A stretch of 64,000 nt of DNA, taken from Candidatus Latescibacterota bacterium. GTDB taxonomy: Bacteria; Latescibacterota; UBA2968; GCA-2709665. The position numbers were made by a program, and so were the translations under genes. Below, one piece after another: positions 59,103 to 64,000 of the stretch. The notes under the pieces are model-generated. The model had not been told where the DNA came from and made no database searches. It was given only the letters and a program-made list of their open reading frames with translations. Position 1 is the stretch's first letter, and each line of letters begins with the position of its first letter. The DNA lies in the NCBI GenBank assembly GCA_963662665.2, contig CAXXJS010000017.1:1-64000 (forward strand), in the 5' to 3' direction.

Positions 59103-60125
59103 CTAACCCCCGATCTGGTACATTTCCACCTTGGAAAATGACGGCATTTCGGCCGTCTCGGACGTACGCATTTCCGAGTACCGATCCTCGCGCTCATTCC
59201 AGATTTCCGAGATCGTGGCCAGAAGCTCGTCGTCGCCCGCCCCGTCCCGCAGGGGTCCTCTGAGATCCACGCCCGTCCCGGCAAACAGACAGGTATAGAC
59301 CTTTCCGTCGGTGGACAGCCTCGCACGCGTACAGTCGCCGCAGAACGGTTGCGTGACGGAGGCGATCACGCCGATCTCCCCGCTCCCGTCCAGGTATCGG
59401 AACCGTCGCGCGACCTCACCCGGGTAGTTCGGCGCAATGGCGGCTACCGGCATTTCTTCATGGATGCGCTGCACGATCTCGGCCGCGGGAACCACCTGAT
59501 CCAGGCGCCATCCATTCCGGTTGCCCACGTCCATATACTCGATAAACCGGACGATATGCCCGGTGCCCTGGAAATGCCGGGCGAGATCCACGATGGTATG
59601 GTCGTTCACCCCGCGCTGAATCACCGCGTTGATCTTCAGCGGGGAAAACCCCGCCGCTTCAGCGGCACGGATCCCCTCCAGTATCTGCGATACGTGATAG
59701 CCTCTCCCGTTCAACAGTTCGAATGCGTCCTCGTCCAGGGAATCCAGGCTGACCGTAATCCTGTGCAACCCCGCTGCCTTGAGTTCTCCGGCCTTTTGCG
59801 GCAGCAGGTAGCCATTGGTCGTGAGCGTGAGGTCTTCAATGCCGTCAACCGCCGCAAGGCGCCGGATCAGCGCTTCGATTTCCCTCCGGAGCAGCGGCTC
59901 ACCGCCGGTGACACGGACCTTGCGCACACCCAGGCCCACGAACAGCCACACCAGCCGTTCCGTCTCCTCGAACGTCAGGATTTCGGTTCTGGGCAGGAAG
60001 GCGTAGTTTTCCCCGAAGACCTCGGCCGGCATGCAGTACGGACACCTGAAATTGCACCGGTCCGTTACCGAAATCCGGAGGTCTCGCAGCGGTCTGCCGA
60101 GTCTGTCTGTCGCAACGTCCGCCAT
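59103..60125 (-). CDS. moaA: GTP 3',8-cyclase
   Basis: LRISVTDRCNFRC.YC, TGGEP, FCGDCTRARL, C-terminal IGG. Confidence 0.96.
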   Translation of the reverse strand: MADVATDRLGRPLRDLRISVTDRCNFRCPYCMPAEVFGENYAFLPRTEILTFEETERLVWLFVGLGVRKVRVTGGEPLLRREIEALIRRLAAVDGIEDLTLTTNGYLLPQKAGELKAAGLHRITVSLDSLDEDAFELLNGRGYHVSQILEGIRAAEAAGFSPLKINAVIQRGVNDHTIVDLARHFQGTGHIVRFIEYMDVGNRNGWRLDQVVPAAEIVQRIHEEMPVAAIAPNYPGEVARRFRYLDGSGEIGVIASVTQPFCGDCTRARLSTDGKVYTCLFAGTGVDLRGPLRDGAGDDELLATISEIWNEREDRYSEMRTSETAEMPSFSKVEMYQIGG

Positions 60126-60146
60126 AACAGGAATCTCGTCTGCCCT

Positions 60147-60728
60147 CTAAAACGACTCCGCCCGCGTAACGGCTGTCTCAAACTGTCTCTTATCCACAAT
60201 CGCCCCGCGCAGGCGCGCCTCGTACAGGAATGCGCCATCCAGATTGGCGCCCCGCAAATCTGTTCCCCGGAAATCCGTCGCGCCCACCACCGCCGCTTCC
60301 AGATTGGCGTTCCTGAAACTCGTGGGACGCCCCGATGGATTCGGGAAGGACGCGTGTACCACACCCAGGCGGGCGCGCTTGAGACTCGCGCGGGTGAAGT
60401 TCGCGCCTCCGAGTACCGCGCCCGATAAAAACGCGTCGTCCATCACCGCGCCCGACAGGTTCGCGCCCAGGAGATCGGCGGCCACCAGATACGCCCCCCT
60501 CATTTTCGCTCCGCTGAGGTCGGCGCCCTTCATGCTCGCGTTGTGAAACCTCGTTTCCAGGAGTGTTGCGTCCGTGAACCTGGCGTTGTCCAGATTCGCG
60601 CCGGTAAAATCTATACCGGAGAGATCCTCTCCTGCAAGATCAACGCCCGCCAGATCTTCTCCCGCCAGATTCCCGGTTGATTTCGCTCTGGCGATCAGCA
60701 CTTCCTTGTCCAGGAACGCGGCGTCCAT
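60147..60728 (-). CDS. Pentapeptide repeat protein
   Basis: Tandem A(D/N)Lxx repeats. Confidence 0.9.
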   Translation of the reverse strand: MDAAFLDKEVLIARAKSTGNLAGEDLAGVDLAGEDLSGIDFTGANLDNARFTDATLLETRFHNASMKGADLSGAKMRGAYLVAADLLGANLSGAVMDDAFLSGAVLGGANFTRASLKRARLGVVHASFPNPSGRPTSFRNANLEAAVVGATDFRGTDLRGANLDGAFLYEARLRGAIVDKRQFETAVTRAESF

Positions 60729-60919
60729 CCGTTACCCCTCTCTGCCGTCGGCTGCTTCGGGTTCTTGTCGAAATATACCAAACTTCCCCGGGGGGTCAAC
60801 CCATATCACAGGAGTCCGAAACTGGAGACCTCCGGACCGTTATGCACGGCAACACCGCTTTGAACCCACTGTCTTGCGCGGCACACGCGCATCGCGAACG
60901 GCATGGGTCCGATACGCGA

Positions 60920-62200
60920 TCAATCCACCGCAATCGTTTCCTTGCGGTCCGGTCCCACGGACACCATGGCAATTGGCGTGCGGCTCAACTCCTGAATTCT
61001 GTCCAGATACCGCCTCGCGTTTTCCGGAAGGTCCTCCCACCGTCTCACGTCGCTGGTGGGCGCCGTCCACCCCGGCATCGTTTCGTACACGGGCCGGCAT
61101 TCCGCAAGTACCTTCACGTCGCTCGGGAAGTGTTCCAGCCGCTTTCCACGGCAGGTATAGTGCGTGCAGATCCGGATCTCTTCCAGAGGATCCAGAATGT
61201 CCAGACGGGTCACCGCGATTCCGGACAGTCCGTTCACCCTCGCGGCAAACCTCAGAATGACGGCATCCAGCCAGCCGCACCGCCTCGGCCGGCCCGTGGT
61301 CGCCCCGTACTCGTGCCCGATCTCCCGGATCCGGTCTCCCATGGCGCCGGTCAGTTCGGTGGGAAACGGACCATTGCCAACTCGCGTCGTATATGCCTTC
61401 ACCACCCCCACGACCTCGGAAATCCGGGTGGGTCCGATACCGGCGCCCGTGCAAGCGCCGCCGGCCGTGGTGTTCGAAGACGTCACAAAAGGATAGGTCC
61501 CATGATCGATATCCAGCAACGTGCCCTGGGAACCTTCGAACAGGACGTCCTTTCCGGCGTCGATCATATCGTTGAGGTAGACGGACGTATCCGTAACGAA
61601 TGGCTCCAGGCGCTCGCCGAATGCTATGTAGGCCTCGATGATGGGCGCCGCGTCCAGCCCGTCCTCCCCGTACACGTTCCTGAGTATCTCGTTTTTCTGC
61701 CGGACGTTTTCCCGCACCTTGCCGGGCAGTGCGTCCGCATCGAAGAGGTCTCCCACGCGAATGCCCGAGGACCGGTTGACTTTGTCCTGGTAGCAGGGTC
61801 CGATGCCCCGCAGCGTGGTCCCGATCGCGTCCGCCCCGATCCTTGCCTCGCTGGCCTGTTCGACGCGTTTGTGATACGGCATAACCAGGTGGGTATTCGG
61901 ACTCACGAACAGCCGGTTGGCAATGGAGATGCCCTTCGACTCCAGTTCTTCCACCTCCTGGAACAGGGCCTCGGGATCCATCACCACCCCGTTGCCGATC
62001 ACACAGGTCTTGTCGGGATGCACAATTCCGGCGGGAATGAGATGAAACACGAACTCCAGATCCCCCGCCTTGATGGTATGCCCCGCATTGGCGCCCCCCT
62101 GGAACCGCACCACGACGTCCGAGTCCGCCGTCATGTAATCCACAACCTTGGCCTTGCCTTCATCTCCCCACTGGGCGCCCAGCACAACGCGCACGGACAT
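60920..62200 (-). CDS. purA: Adenylosuccinate synthetase
   Basis: GAQWGDEGK, GGANAGHT, GTYPFVTSS, EYGATTGRPRRCGW. Confidence 0.97.
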   Translation of the reverse strand: MSVRVVLGAQWGDEGKAKVVDYMTADSDVVVRFQGGANAGHTIKAGDLEFVFHLIPAGIVHPDKTCVIGNGVVMDPEALFQEVEELESKGISIANRLFVSPNTHLVMPYHKRVEQASEARIGADAIGTTLRGIGPCYQDKVNRSSGIRVGDLFDADALPGKVRENVRQKNEILRNVYGEDGLDAAPIIEAYIAFGERLEPFVTDTSVYLNDMIDAGKDVLFEGSQGTLLDIDHGTYPFVTSSNTTAGGACTGAGIGPTRISEVVGVVKAYTTRVGNGPFPTELTGAMGDRIREIGHEYGATTGRPRRCGWLDAVILRFAARVNGLSGIAVTRLDILDPLEEIRICTHYTCRGKRLEHFPSDVKVLAECRPVYETMPGWTAPTSDVRRWEDLPENARRYLDRIQELSRTPIAMVSVGPDRKETIAVD

Positions 62201-62309
62201 GATCTATCTCCTCGAATACAGCTGTCAGCAATCAGCTCTCAGCTAAAAGCAAAAACCGGGTCGGGCGGTGTGGCCCTCTCCCGTATCACGGCTTGCGGCT
62301 ACCCGATTC

Positions 62310-63896
62310 TTAAAACTTCGCCTTTCGTGCCCACAGAAACTGAGGCGAACCCGCGATACGATTCAGCACGGCGTCCGATGCCGGTGAATCGAGGCTGATT
62401 ACCATGATGGCCTGTCCGCCCCTGTTGTCTCGCCCCAGCGCCATATCGGCGATATTCAGTTTCTCCTCGGCCAGCAGCGAGCCGATCCAGCCCACCACGC
62501 CGGGAACGTCCCGGTTGCAGCAGATCAGCACGTCGCCTTCCAGTTTGGCCTTCACCTCGAACCTGTCGATACGCACCACCCGGGCGTCGCTGCTGCCGAA
62601 TACGGTAGCCGAAATCGATGTTTTACCCGCCGACGTTTCGTAATGCACCGTCATCAGATTGGTATAGTCCTTGTGGGCGCTGCTGCGTGTCTCGTCTATC
62701 TTCACCCCGCGCTTTTGCGCAAAGAGATGCGCGTTCACGTAGGTTACGAGTTCATCCGTCAGATTCGTAATGGCCCCCTTCAGGACCGCTGCCGTCATCG
62801 GCGACGTTGCAAATTCCAGCATATCTCCGTGATACTCGATCGCAATTCGACGCAGACTGCCCCGGCTCAACTGTGCCTGCAGCGCACCCACCTTCTCGGC
62901 CAGCAACAGATACGGACGGACGTCCTCGTAAAGCGACGGATCCACCGAAGGCATATTCACCGCGCGCTGGGCCGGCCTGTCCATCAGGACCTCCAGGACG
63001 TCCTGCGCGATCTGGCGGGCCACGCGCTCCTGCGCCTCCAGGGTTGAAGCGGCCAGATGCGGCGTGCAGATCACCTCGCGCCGCCGCAGGAGTGGATGAT
63101 CCCTTGGCGGCGGTTCTTCCTCGTACACGTCCAGCGCCGCTCCCGCGGCCCTGCCCGATTCGATCGCTTTCAGAAGCGCCGCCTCGTCGATCAGCCCGCC
63201 CCGCGCGCAGTTGAGAACGCGTACCCCGGGTTTGCATTTATCCAGCGACGCCGCCGAAATCAGATGCCGAGTGGTCTCCATCAGCGGCGTATGGAGCGTA
63301 ATATAGTCCGACGCCGCGTATATCTCTTCCAGAGAAACCAGCCTCACCTGGAATCTGGACGCCATTTCGTCGGAGAGAAAGGGGTCGTAACCCAGGGTCG
63401 TCATCCCCAGAGCCCTGGCCAGACGGGCGACGTGCTGTCCCACCCGGCCCACGCCGATAATCCCCAGCACCTTCCCGTTCAACTCCACGCCGGTATAGGA
63501 CTTCCGCTCCCACGCCCCGCGCTTCAGCGAAGCGGTCGCCTGCGGAATATTGCGGCTCAGCGCCAGCAGCATCCCCACCGTATGCTCGGCCGTTGCGGTC
63601 GTATTGCCTCCGGGAGAGTGTACCACCACTACGCCCCGCTCCGTCGCGGCGCCGACGTCGATATTGTCTACTCCGACTCCCGCGCGGCCCACCACGCGCA
63701 GCCGCCGCGCCTCATCCAGCAACGCCCGGTCCACCCGGGTTTCGCTTCGAATAATCATCCCGTCATAGGCGCGGATTTCACGCGCCAGCGCCTTCGCCGA
63801 AAGGCCCGTCCGGACGTCCACCCGGACGTCCGGGGCATCCGCGAATACGTCTTGCCAGCCACGAGACAACGTATCTGCGATCAGAACCCGCTTCAT
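62310..63896 (-). CDS. serA: D-3-phosphoglycerate dehydrogenase (long form with ACT domain)
   Basis: GRAGVGVDNID, G.GRVG, NCARGG, TPHLAAST.EAQ, NRDVPGVVG. Confidence 0.95.
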   Translation of the reverse strand: MKRVLIADTLSRGWQDVFADAPDVRVDVRTGLSAKALAREIRAYDGMIIRSETRVDRALLDEARRLRVVGRAGVGVDNIDVGAATERGVVVVHSPGGNTTATAEHTVGMLLALSRNIPQATASLKRGAWERKSYTGVELNGKVLGIIGVGRVGQHVARLARALGMTTLGYDPFLSDEMASRFQVRLVSLEEIYAASDYITLHTPLMETTRHLISAASLDKCKPGVRVLNCARGGLIDEAALLKAIESGRAAGAALDVYEEEPPPRDHPLLRRREVICTPHLAASTLEAQERVARQIAQDVLEVLMDRPAQRAVNMPSVDPSLYEDVRPYLLLAEKVGALQAQLSRGSLRRIAIEYHGDMLEFATSPMTAAVLKGAITNLTDELVTYVNAHLFAQKRGVKIDETRSSAHKDYTNLMTVHYETSAGKTSISATVFGSSDARVVRIDRFEVKAKLEGDVLICCNRDVPGVVGWIGSLLAEEKLNIADMALGRDNRGGQAIMVISLDSPASDAVLNRIAGSPQFLWARKAKF

Positions 63897-64000
63897 AGTT
63901 CACAGTCTGAAAAGAAGCTGTCAGCGATCAGCTTCAGCCGTCAGCGCGTACTGCGCGGCCTTCACACCCGCTCCCGCGTCGAACGTCCATCCGGTCTCCC

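Noticed and set aside
60730-60920. Moco riboswitch upstream of the pentapeptide-moaA unit
   Set aside because: No recognisable motif, and a promoter-like TTGACC...TATATT lies only about 45 nt before the start codon.

Overview
GC-rich bacterial chromosome segment. The many secreted proteins ending in an FlgD-Ig/T9SS-A-like domain and carrying EF-hand/dockerin-like modules, plus a UBact operon, suggest an FCB-group lineage such as Latescibacterota (inference). Almost all genes from 1 to 39 kb are on the + strand: ispE, tRNA-Gln, rplY, pth, hppA, rpsF, rpsR, rplI, three large secreted surface proteins, msrP, a complete arc-dop-ubact-prcB-prcA-pafA ubiquitin-like/proteasome operon, and a lower-GC AAA(DUF4143) + STAND-NTPase/nuclease pair. 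From 39 to 64 kb genes are mostly on the - strand: sfp-type PPTase, xylonate dehydratase, gltB, ferredoxin, frameshifted nitrite/sulfite reductase, moaA, purA, serA. The most unusual signal is non-coding: a dispersed modular intergenic element (5 core-bearing copies and 1 fragment). Its conserved, self-complementary flanks enclose a segment of exactly 69 nt in every copy, only about 42-46% identical between the three distinct core types and alignable without gaps. All counts are by hand; no database searches were run.
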